From the IMG/VR virus record IMGVR_UViG_3300020042_013559: a stretch of DNA of 64,000 bases, one strand, 5' to 3'. Shown piece after piece: positions 9,238 to 17,216 of the stretch. Both the position numbers and the translations under genes were made by a program. Numbering within the stretch: the stretch's first letter is position 1; every line of letters begins with the position of its first letter. Source of the DNA: an uncultured virus (IMG/VR IMGVR_UViG_3300020042_013559). Taxonomy: Duplodnaviria > Heunggongvirae > Uroviricota > Caudoviricetes. Below the pieces are notes generated by a model, which was given only the letters and a program-made list of their open reading frames with translations, did no database searches and was not told the DNA's origin.

Positions 9238-9540
9238 ATTCAGCCCTGACCATAACGTATGTGAAGCCGCTCCACGGGCATCGCGTTAGTGCAGCCAACT
9301 GTAAGACTCTTACAGTTCCGTTTTTTTCAACCAACTGCAGTGTTGTTGTTCCCTCGAAATTTTTCTGAAGAGCTGGAGCTGGTCTCGATTATATTCGGGG
9401 GTTTTGTTGCACATGCATCCAATATTGCATATGACCTGTTGGCTTAGGGCAGTCGACTGCACAAGCATCTGAGCGCCACCGGATCAGGGTGGTGCCCGGA
9501 AACCATAACATCATAACGATATGACCTCCGGGCCCAGATT
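9238..9540. ncRNA. Candidate ~300-nt structured RNA
   Basis: GC-richer gap without a convincing ORF; several long-range and local helices. Confidence 0.45.
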
Positions 9541-9609
9541 TATCCCTTTCAGGACATGTTTTGGCAAAAAATATAAAATATATAAAGTTTTTCTTTCTAA
9601 ATAAAACAA

Positions 9610-9945
9610 ATGGCACGAAAGAAGATTTTGCAAAAAAAGACTTGCAAGAAAGAAAAGAATATGGTTATGTCTGATGAAACAGAACCAAAGGAGAGTAACC
9701 AAGTGAGAATGACAAGCAAGCTCAGAAGCAAGCTGAAGAATCTGGTCAATATTGGCCAAGGTCTTTGGCGAGTATTCAACAGAAATGGAGATGCTTATTA
9801 TTGTAAAGATCCTATTCTTCTTGCAGATACTGTTTATCGCAGGAAGTATAGTGAAGTAAACATACAAAACCTCAATGGCCAATACATCAAACAATATTTG
9901 ATAACTGGCAAAAAAGACAAAACAAAAAAGAAAGCAAAGGAGTAA
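9610..9945 (+). CDS. Hypothetical protein (start uncertain)
   Basis: ORF track. Confidence 0.5.
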   Translation: MARKKILQKKTCKKEKNMVMSDETEPKESNQVRMTSKLRSKLKNLVNIGQGLWRVFNRNGDAYYCKDPILLADTVYRRKYSEVNIQNLNGQYIKQYLITGKKDKTKKKAKE

Positions 9946-9946
9946 T

Positions 9947-10240
9947 ATGAAAAGAATAAAGAAGAATAACCCCAATCGTAAAATGATCAGCGAATTTATC
10001 GAGGAGTATTATCCAGATGAAGCAAACAAGATACTATTGGCAGATAATTTTGATGGGGCATTCATTGGAATTGGAAGTGCATTCGGTGGAAAGAATGTGG
10101 CCATCTATGACCGAGCCAAATGCATAAGGATTTTGGAGAAGGATATGAGTCCTGATGAAGCTGAAGAGTTTTTCAGCTACAACACCGAAGGTGCATATGT
10201 GGGAGATTATACCCCAATCTTCATGCATAAGGTGAGCTGA
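9947..10240 (+). CDS. Phage hypothetical protein
   Basis: LADNFDGAFIG...YD..KCI..L...EAEEFFSYN..GAYVG..TPIF pattern common in phages; AAGGAG SD. Confidence 0.75.
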   Translation: MKRIKKNNPNRKMISEFIEEYYPDEANKILLADNFDGAFIGIGSAFGGKNVAIYDRAKCIRILEKDMSPDEAEEFFSYNTEGAYVGDYTPIFMHKVS

Positions 10241-10325
10241 TAATGGTTATTAGAGGTTTTAATAACTAACCAACCCCCATAATATATAAGATTATTTTCT
10301 TGTATTATTTTCAAAATCTGTCACT

Positions 10326-11399
10326 ATGCAACCTATGAGCAACACAACTACAACAACGACACCTAACAGCGGGGCGGTGATGAACCTCTCGCACGACGAA
10401 ACCAATCTTACCAAGGTTAGCGAGATTGCTATTCCCGATCTATTTAACCGAAGATTAAAAACTGGAAACGAGATGTTGGACAAAGTATTTGGTGGCGAAG
10501 GTTTGCTACCATCTACAGTTTTTACACTCGCGGCTGGTGCTGGTCTTGGCAAGACAACCTTCCTACTTCAAATGCTTAATTGTATGACGAAGGTAGGAAT
10601 CAAAACTGCTTATATCTCTGGCGAAGAAAGCCGTGAGATGTTGGCATATACTTGTCGTCGTCTTGGTTTGAAAGATGTGAACATCGCTATTCAAACTGAT
10701 GTAGACAAGGTTTGCGAACTGATGAGCCAAGTGGATGTATTGGTGGTGGATAGTTTTCAATGTCTCTCAACTGCTCGCAAGATGAATGCGAGGGAGAAAG
10801 AAAGCTATTGTCTCCACGAACTAATCAAAACCAGCAAGAAAACCGAGTGTGTTCTTGGTATCGTGCTTCACGTCACAAAGAGCAACAACTATCGGGGTTC
10901 GACTCTGATTCCTCACGCTGTGGACGCAAACTTTATGATGCGTTCGGGTGTAACTGATGAGGATGTTCGGGTAATCTACAGCACCAAGAATCGTTATGGC
11001 AAACTCTACAATGTGGAATTGCGTCTTGGACACAACGGATTCGATTTGGATAATGCAGTCCGTATCAATGATGGAACTGCACCTAATCCGATTGACCCTC
11101 GCAAAGTGCGTTGGCAAGAAGATTTGAAAAAGGTTCTATCGCTTGCCGAGCCAATGACTCAAACCGATGTAACCAATGCTGTAGATGGAAATGTTCAGCG
11201 GGGTTATCTCATCATTCGCCAACTCATCCGAGAGGGCAAGGTGATGAAGGAAGGTCGGGGAGAAGAAGCAGTCTACAAACTTACCGATGCTGGCAAAGCC
11301 AGTCTTGCCCAAGCCAATGAGGAAGGTGCAGGTGAGGGTGAGGAAGGTGGAGATGATGTTGGTGAAGCAGGTGGTGCTCAAATGGAGGGTGGGGTTTAA
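10326..11399 (+). CDS. RadA/Sms-like RecA-family ATPase with C-terminal winged-helix-like region
   Basis: TG..MLDKVFGG; Walker A GAGLGKTT; YISGEES; Walker B VLVVDS; KNRYG (RadA KNRFG) motif. Confidence 0.85.
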   Translation: MQPMSNTTTTTTPNSGAVMNLSHDETNLTKVSEIAIPDLFNRRLKTGNEMLDKVFGGEGLLPSTVFTLAAGAGLGKTTFLLQMLNCMTKVGIKTAYISGEESREMLAYTCRRLGLKDVNIAIQTDVDKVCELMSQVDVLVVDSFQCLSTARKMNAREKESYCLHELIKTSKKTECVLGIVLHVTKSNNYRGSTLIPHAVDANFMMRSGVTDEDVRVIYSTKNRYGKLYNVELRLGHNGFDLDNAVRINDGTAPNPIDPRKVRWQEDLKKVLSLAEPMTQTDVTNAVDGNVQRGYLIIRQLIREGKVMKEGRGEEAVYKLTDAGKASLAQANEEGAGEGEEGGDDVGEAGGAQMEGGV

Positions 11400-11426
11400 T
11401 CCCCCACCTTCCATATAGGAGGACAA

Positions 11427-11600
11427 ATGAAAGAAGATATAAAATATAAAAAGTTATTAAACGAAGGTGTGGGCATACTTGCAGAACTGATGAGCCAAGC
11501 TGACGAGGATACTCCTCACGAATATCGCACCCGACACTTTGATGAAAGCATGATGGCTGCTCACGACTTCATAACCAAGTATAGAAAGGAAACCAAATGA
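11427..11600 (+). CDS. Hypothetical protein (57 aa)
   Basis: AGGAGG SD; ATGA overlap with the next gene. Confidence 0.6.
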   Translation: MKEDIKYKKLLNEGVGILAELMSQADEDTPHEYRTRHFDESMMAAHDFITKYRKETK

Positions 11601-11791
11601 TGGTGGTTAATTATGTTGCAAGAATGTGGTTTGAAATGGAGACACCTATCGGAACTTTTGATAATATACCGGTAGACGAACTGCTAAACATGGCACAGAA
11701 AAGGATTGACTATTTGCGAAATCATCCTCAAGATGCAAATGAAGCGTTCGATTATGAGGATAGTTATACAACAGAAAAGGAGACTGCATGA
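11597..11791 (+). CDS. Hypothetical protein
   Basis: Translationally coupled ORF. Confidence 0.6.
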   Translation: MMVVNYVARMWFEMETPIGTFDNIPVDELLNMAQKRIDYLRNHPQDANEAFDYEDSYTTEKETA

Positions 11792-11976
11792 AAAGAGCAA
11801 CTGAAGTATTGGAACAAATACTAAAAGACTATAGGGAACTGATCATGCATGGTAACGATGATTTGTGGCAAGAAAAACTGACAGTAAATATGTTGGAAGC
11901 TGAACAAGCATTGTTGAATGAAAAGATGCGGGGCAGATACATGGCTGAACAATATGAGTTTGATTTTAGAAAATAA
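11788..11976 (+). CDS. Hypothetical protein
   Basis: Translationally coupled ORF with AGGAG SD. Confidence 0.6.
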   Translation: MKRATEVLEQILKDYRELIMHGNDDLWQEKLTVNMLEAEQALLNEKMRGRYMAEQYEFDFRK

Positions 11977-12014
11977 TTGACAATCATCTTAGAAAGGTAT
12001 ATAAGGTTAAGAAT

Positions 12015-12263
12015 ATGGTAGATCGAGTAAACATGAAAGTGACTGAAAGGGAAAGACAAAGTGGTGAATCATTTGCCCGTTGTCTTAAAAAGTTTGGTGG
12101 AAAAGTGCAGGAAGAATGTATTATCGAAGAAGCCCGAATGCGATCAAAGAAGATGAAGCCCAAAGCATTCAAGCAAGCCAAACAACAATTAAAGATGAAG
12201 ATGTGGGGTGATTACAAGTGGAATCCGTTTGCTAAGATTAAGCGAATAGGCGAGACGACATAG
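12015..12263 (+). CDS. rpsU: Divergent ribosomal protein bS21-like protein
   Basis: ESFARCLKKFGGKVQEECIIEEARMRSKKMKP aligns with the bS21 consensus E.FD.ALRRFKR....G.L.E.R.RE.YEKP. Confidence 0.65.
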   Translation: MVDRVNMKVTERERQSGESFARCLKKFGGKVQEECIIEEARMRSKKMKPKAFKQAKQQLKMKMWGDYKWNPFAKIKRIGETT

Positions 12264-12269
12264 AGCTTT

Positions 12270-12360
12270 GCCTCTGTCGTCTAACTGGTTAAGACCCACG
12301 ATTTATATTCGTGAAGCTCTAGATTAGGGCGCAATATTGGTTCGAATCCAATCAGAGGTA
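12270..12360 (+). tRNA. tRNA with UAU anticodon (nominally Ile) and long variable arm
   Basis: Acceptor GCCTCTG/CAGAGGT; anticodon stem CACGA/TCGTG with loop TT-TAT-AT; V-arm GCTCTA/TAGGGC; T-arm ATTGG-TTCGAAT-CCAAT. Confidence 0.85.
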
Positions 12361-12363
12361 TTT

Positions 12364-12436
12364 GGGCAAATAGCTCAACGGTTAGAGCAGGGCACTCATA
12401 ATGCCTTGGTTGGGGGTTCGAATCCCTCTTTGCCCA
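12364..12436 (+). tRNA. tRNA-CAT, most like Ile2 (lysidine type)
   Basis: Cloverleaf; loop CT-CAT-AA; TAGCTCA..GGTTAGAGCAG...CTCATAAT pattern of ileX-type tRNAs. Confidence 0.85.
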
Positions 12437-12502
12437 TATTATTTTCTTGCAACATGGTTGATTTTTTGTTAAATAAACGGACGATGGGGAATAGGCTTTT
12501 TT

Positions 12503-12585
12503 GGGCAGATACCGAAGTGGCCAAACGGGGCAGACTGTAAATCTGCTGGCATTCGCCTTCAGTGGTTCGAATCCACTTCTGCCCA
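12503..12585 (+). tRNA. tRNA-Tyr(GTA)
   Basis: Cloverleaf with variable arm; loop CT-GTA-AA. Confidence 0.95.
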
Positions 12586-12592
12586 ATCTTAT

Positions 12593-12664
12593 GGCGAGTT
12601 CGTCTAGGGGTTAGGACACAGGACTTTCATTCCTGTTACATGGGTTCGATTCCCATACTCGCTA
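12593..12664 (+). tRNA. tRNA-Glu(TTC)
   Basis: Cloverleaf; loop CT-TTC-AT. Confidence 0.95.
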
Positions 12665-12707
12665 TTTTAATATTGACATTTGTGAAATAATTGAGCAAGC
12701 TAGCAAC

Positions 12708-12905
12708 ATGAAAAATAGATTAAGCAAAACATTCGAAAAGCAACTGCTCTCAGAGTTTGACAAAGAAACCATTGACAGCGTCAATCATTTTATCAATGAT
12801 ATGGAAAAGATGTACAACACCATTAAATTGATGAGATATATTGAAGATCCCAAGAAGCTGGATGGTGATTGGAATCCAGAGTGGGGAACCAAACCAGATG
12901 CTTGA
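12708..12905 (+). CDS. Hypothetical protein
   Basis: ORF directly after a TTGACA-N17 promoter. Confidence 0.55.
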   Translation: MKNRLSKTFEKQLLSEFDKETIDSVNHFINDMEKMYNTIKLMRYIEDPKKLDGDWNPEWGTKPDA

Positions 12906-13284
12906 TGTTACAGAGATGAAAGAGCGAGCCACCCGAAAGGTGTGGATGGTGCTGGAAGAGCTGAACGAGGAGTATGGTGCTGAGTTCGATTTTCCACGAA
13001 TTGAATGGGTGGTGTGTGGTACCACCGCAGGAAAAGCATGGTTGGGACAATGGCGTATTCAGCTGAATGAACAGCTTTGCAAAGAGAATATTGAGGACTT
13101 TATACAAGATACCATTCCTCATGAAGTGGCTCATTTGATTGCTTACAAAGTATTCGGAGATGATGGTCATGGAGATGGTTGGAAAAGCGTAATGCGGGCA
13201 CTGGGATTGAATCCAAGCAGGTGCCACAACTATGATACCAGACGTGTAGAGGGCAAACGAAGCCGAAACAGCATGTTTCGATAA
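12898..13284 (+). CDS. SprT-like zinc metalloprotease
   Basis: TAGKA; IQLNEQL; PHEVAH (HExxH); HGDGWKSVM; RCHNY. Confidence 0.88.
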   Translation: MLDVTEMKERATRKVWMVLEELNEEYGAEFDFPRIEWVVCGTTAGKAWLGQWRIQLNEQLCKENIEDFIQDTIPHEVAHLIAYKVFGDDGHGDGWKSVMRALGLNPSRCHNYDTRRVEGKRSRNSMFR

Positions 13285-13537
13285 AAAAATATAAAAAAAT
13301 TCATTTTTTATTGATTTTTAACATCGTTGTGAGATACATAATGATGTGAAACAAACGGGCAAACACAACACTGAGTGTAGCAAGCCCATTAAACAGACCG
13401 AAGAAGACCGCTTGATTGAAAGCAGCGGAGACACAGGGATTGACTTTTTAAGCGTTTTAAAGGATATATTTACAAAATAAAAACTTTATATATTTTATAA
13501 TATATTGGTTTTTTCTTTACATTCGCTAAATAGTTTT

Positions 13538-14029
13538 ATGAATACAAAACTATTAAGATGGTTAGCTCCAGTACCTTTTGCTTTGTTGTTGGCCAGCTGC
13601 GCAAGCAACAATAGCGGACCCAACTCCAGTTCCAACTCCAGTTCCAGCTCCAGCACTGCGACCAATGTTCGAAATGCTGTTGAACAGGCATTGCCATATA
13701 TCAAGCCTGCTGTAAACCTTGCCTGCACTGCAGTCCTGTCTGGTGCCGTGAGCCCAGAAGACCGCGTTACCAAAGCCAAGATGATTCATGATGTGGCCAA
13801 TGTGGTGCGCAGTTTGAGCAATGGTGATGTGCCCAGTGTTGAAGATCTGGATGATGCTGTGGAAAACTTCCTGCCGGAGAAAACACATTGGACAAACTTT
13901 GCAACCAGCTTGAGCGACATTTACAAAGATCTTTACAGCAAGATCGGGGACGACCCCACACTGGCCCTGAAGGTGTTGAATGCAATCGCAGATGGCTGCG
14001 TGAGTGCAACAGCCGGTTACGTGAAATAA
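13538..14029 (+). CDS. Lipoprotein (late)
   Basis: Lipobox LLLASC; Ser-rich linker; TAAATA upstream. Confidence 0.7.
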   Translation: MNTKLLRWLAPVPFALLLASCASNNSGPNSSSNSSSSSSTATNVRNAVEQALPYIKPAVNLACTAVLSGAVSPEDRVTKAKMIHDVANVVRSLSNGDVPSVEDLDDAVENFLPEKTHWTNFATSLSDIYKDLYSKIGDDPTLALKVLNAIADGCVSATAGYVK

Positions 14030-14301
14030 TGTCCGACGAATTTGGTGAGATTGTAGACAACATCTACAAAACATATTTCACAAAATTCTGGGGCCAGGAT
14101 GATTTCAAAGAGCTGAAACAAAAACGTTTAACGTTTCAACAAAATCAGAAGATCTATGACATGCTCACTGACAATGGATACAAATACGATTTGCTGCATC
14201 GCACATATACATGCCCGCACGGTCACCCGGTGTTGAACGCAGAATACATTTACGAAAATCTGAAGAGCAAGGAAAATATTGAAAAACTTGAAAAAGAATA
14301 A
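14029..14301 (+). CDS. Hypothetical protein
   Basis: TAATG overlap start MSDEFGEIV. Confidence 0.55.
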   Translation: MSDEFGEIVDNIYKTYFTKFWGQDDFKELKQKRLTFQQNQKIYDMLTDNGYKYDLLHRTYTCPHGHPVLNAEYIYENLKSKENIEKLEKE

Positions 14302-14651
14302 TCATCATTACAGATCCATTGACTGGTACCATCCTTTCGGTTTCATTGGCCGCAAGAGCGACGGGGATGGCGGGGCTGATTACGGGTTTGATTTGGATCT
14401 ACAAACAGCGATTAGCTTTAGCCATTATGAGTATGGTTATGTTTTGCTTGTGCGCATTTTTGGATTTGGATTTCAAATCCACTGGTTGGAATTTTAAACA
14501 AAAGTGTTGACGCTTGATCGCTAAGTGGTACAAATGCATCATGCCAAGACCATGTTTACGGTGTAATTATCGTCCAAAACCCAAAGCAACATTTAAACTT
14601 AAACTTCCTAAAAAGTTGAAAAAATGATTTGAAAAAAGATAACTATTATTT

Positions 14652-14822
14652 GTGGAGAATTTCACAGATAAAGAAAAGAATTTGTTGATTCATATTGGGT
14701 TTATTGTTTTGGATGATGAACGTTTAAGTTCTTGTGTGCTTCGGGAATTGCTTGATACATTCGATATTGAGTCGGATAGCACATCAGATACTTTGTTGGA
14801 AAAATTGACAGATCTGGTTTGA
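14652..14822 (+). CDS. 56-aa helical protein, paralog family with 8410-8580
   Basis: GTG start; MENFTDKEKNLLIHIGFIVLDDERLSSCVLRELLDTFDIESDSTSDTLLEKLTDLV. Confidence 0.5.
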   Translation: MENFTDKEKNLLIHIGFIVLDDERLSSCVLRELLDTFDIESDSTSDTLLEKLTDLV

Positions 14823-14860
14823 GCCGCTTGATTTCTTTTACCCTTACCTTAACATCCTTT

Positions 14861-14975
14861 TAGTTCTTTCTCCTGTTCAATTACCCAAGGTAATTGGCTC
14901 AGAACGTGTAGTTCGTGTTGCGGTTGTGTTTGTTCCAAAACAGAGTCAGATAATGTCTGGCAGGAGAAGGAACTA
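14861..14975 (+). ncRNA. Candidate multibranch structured RNA
   Basis: 16-bp closing stem (2 G-U) TAGTTCTTTCTCCTGT/GCAGGAGAAGGAACTA enclosing three or more hairpins. Confidence 0.55.
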
Positions 14976-15030
14976 TTTTATTATAAAATAGTCTTGACAT
15001 TTTGCAAATAATTTGGCAACCTGCTCGCAT

Positions 15031-15306
15031 ATGAAAATGATGCATGCAAATCAAGTAAGAGTAGTCGATGATCCAGCAGAGCTGTTGCTTAAAGCAATCC
15101 TTGAGCAAGCTGTGATGGATATAGTGCAACCCAATCAATCTGTGGATAAAGAAGCTCATGGCACTGCTATAAAACTTATTAGCAGTTGCGTGTTGGATGA
15201 GCTTATTGAAAGCAGTAATCTGAATCTGTGTCCAAGCGTTGTTCGGCAACGACTTAAAATCCCCCGCAACGAAAATGCAGATTATGATTATGGAGTGCGG
15301 GTATGA
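15031..15306 (+). CDS. Hypothetical protein
   Basis: ORF after a TTGACA promoter; L.KAILEQAV.D motif. Confidence 0.6.
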   Translation: MKMMHANQVRVVDDPAELLLKAILEQAVMDIVQPNQSVDKEAHGTAIKLISSCVLDELIESSNLNLCPSVVRQRLKIPRNENADYDYGVRV

Positions 15307-15485
15307 GCCAATATACTAATGAAGATTTTATTAGAGATGATTGGGGATTAATTCAAGATGCTATCATTGATCATATCTCATATCTTAAGCATAGAAAGTC
15401 TTATGGATACGAGGAAGAGCTTGAGCGTCTAGAAGCTATTCTCAAAAAAATAAGCTTCAAGTATGCAATCGCACCCAAGGAGTAA
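15303..15485 (+). CDS. Hypothetical protein
   Basis: Coupled ORF. Confidence 0.55.
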   Translation: MSQYTNEDFIRDDWGLIQDAIIDHISYLKHRKSYGYEEELERLEAILKKISFKYAIAPKE

Positions 15486-15489
15486 TTTC

Positions 15490-15651
15490 ATGAACTTAAC
15501 TGAATATGATCAAACCATTATATTTGAAGCAGCTAGAATTGCATTAAGTGATGCAAATATTTTTGATATGCTGTGTGATGAAATGGATATTAGTGATGAA
15601 CATTTACAGGAAATTCGCTCTCGTTTAGAAAAACATATGGAGACTGCATGA
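15490..15651 (+). CDS. Small helical protein, paralog family with 8410-8580
   Basis: MNLTEYDQTIIFEAARIALSDANIFDMLCDEMDISDEHLQEIRSRLE; AAGGAG SD. Confidence 0.6.
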   Translation: MNLTEYDQTIIFEAARIALSDANIFDMLCDEMDISDEHLQEIRSRLEKHMETA

Positions 15652-15914
15652 ACTTTATTGTTAGCAAAAAAGAGATGCTGGATACTGTTGGCTATATCAG
15701 TGGCCAAAGAATACACTTCAAGATGCCTGTGGAGTTTGATCAGTTGATCAACAATACAGAAGGAATAACATATATAAATTCCCTTGTGGACGATTATGTT
15801 GAGGATGGTTATCTGCTTCAAGATTTGAATTACTTTCCTGAAAAGCTGGAAGGTGAAACCATTATCGTCAGCGTGGATGCGCTTACTGATGAATGGTTGA
15901 AAGGAGATTCATAA
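15648..15914 (+). CDS. Hypothetical protein
   Basis: Coupled ORF. Confidence 0.6.
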   Translation: MNFIVSKKEMLDTVGYISGQRIHFKMPVEFDQLINNTEGITYINSLVDDYVEDGYLLQDLNYFPEKLEGETIIVSVDALTDEWLKGDS

Positions 15915-16165
15915 TGAGAGCAGGAAGATACAGCACATTTGAAAAGAGTTATCAACCCTTAACAAATCAGGATGGCAGTATTCTTTTTGAAACATATGGA
16001 GATGATCTGAACAAGGTTATAGAAACAAAACATAACCACATATGGACACTACTGGATTGTGATGGCAAGTTGAGGATAGGTGCAGGTTATCATATTGTGA
16101 ACCGAATGAACTACATCATCACAAAGCATCCTTGGATCAGCAACGAGTTGTGCTTTAGTTATTAA
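15914..16165 (+). CDS. Phage hypothetical protein
   Basis: FETYG...IWT......GYHIVNR..Y.IT..PW motif. Confidence 0.65.
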   Translation: MRAGRYSTFEKSYQPLTNQDGSILFETYGDDLNKVIETKHNHIWTLLDCDGKLRIGAGYHIVNRMNYIITKHPWISNELCFSY

Positions 16166-16517
16166 CTTCTTACCAAGGATAGTATCGAAATAATTTGCGG
16201 TCTGACCAAAAATTCATCTATCCTGTCTATTAGAAAAGTTTGCCCATCAAGCACATATGTTTATGTAAATACCTATAAGTAAACATTAAATATATATGGT
16301 GAGAATAATCAAAAGTATACTTAATATATCTTTATTTTTTCTTTTGTTTCCTTTGATATTATTAAACGATATGATCAATGATGATTAAAACAAAAACCAA
16401 TTTTATTATTTTCTATAACGCAAAAACACTTCGTAAACAAAAATTATTCCAAACAATATTATTGATGTTGGAATTACAAACATCAAAGAAAATCCCAGTA
16501 TAGTTTTTAAAATATCT

Positions 16518-16706
16518 TCAATCATTGGGAGGATTTATTAAAGGATTTATGCTTTCCAGAAACTTTTCAATCTTTTCCATTTCTTCCGGGGAAACAGTAT
16601 TGTTGTTGTCATCCTTTTCAGGATTCATTCCACCCAATTTTAAATCATAACTATTAATTTTTTCAGGATAATCTTCAGGATCAGGGTAGAACCAGGAATC
16701 AAACAT
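16518..16706 (-). CDS. Hypothetical acidic protein
   Basis: ORF track. Confidence 0.45.
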   Translation of the reverse strand: MFDSWFYPDPEDYPEKINSYDLKLGGMNPEKDDNNNTVSPEEMEKIEKFLESINPLINPPND

Positions 16707-16877
16707 GAATCCAGGTTATCATGCATTATTCTGAAATCAATACTTGGTTATTTTTTTATCTTTTAAAATAATACTAAAGCTGAAACACACAAATATATTT
16801 GCAACATATCCGGCCAGAATATAACCAACAATACTCATTAACATATAAATTATTTACTTATACTGAGTTTCTTTTTT

Positions 16878-16966
16878 AAAAAAAATGCAAGGAACGATAG
16901 GAAACTTAGTCATGTGCACATGAGGTCCTACCTATACAGCCACCGCAAATGGTATCCGCCTTGCAA
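16878..16966 (-). ncRNA. Candidate small RNA with its own promoter and U-tail
   Basis: TTGACA-N17-TGTAAT (17000-16972); TGCAAGG/CCTTGCA closing stem; three-way junction; poly-U end. Confidence 0.55.
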
Positions 16967-17216
16967 GTTGTATTACAGCAAAAACTCACCATATTGTCAA
17001 GAAAAAAGTTGAAGAAAAGTTTTTATAATATGGAAATTATTTTGCAAATAATGTCTTGACAAAAAAATCATTGTCACTTTAGGGCTAATGAATTATTTAC
17101 AAAATAATCTGGACATTTTGAAAAGAATTAGATAGAACCTTTTTCGTGATGAAGAACCTTGAAGAGATGATGCATCGAACAAGAGTCTGATTCACCCCCC
17201 TAACCAAAAGGATAAT

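Noticed and set aside
12270..12360. Ochre suppressor tRNA (UUA) and stop-codon recoding
   Set aside because: The 7-nt loop centres on TAT, and conserved genes are intact in the standard code with TAA, TAG and TGA all used as stops.
12281..12586. ORFs across the tRNA cluster
   Set aside because: They overlap clear tRNA genes.
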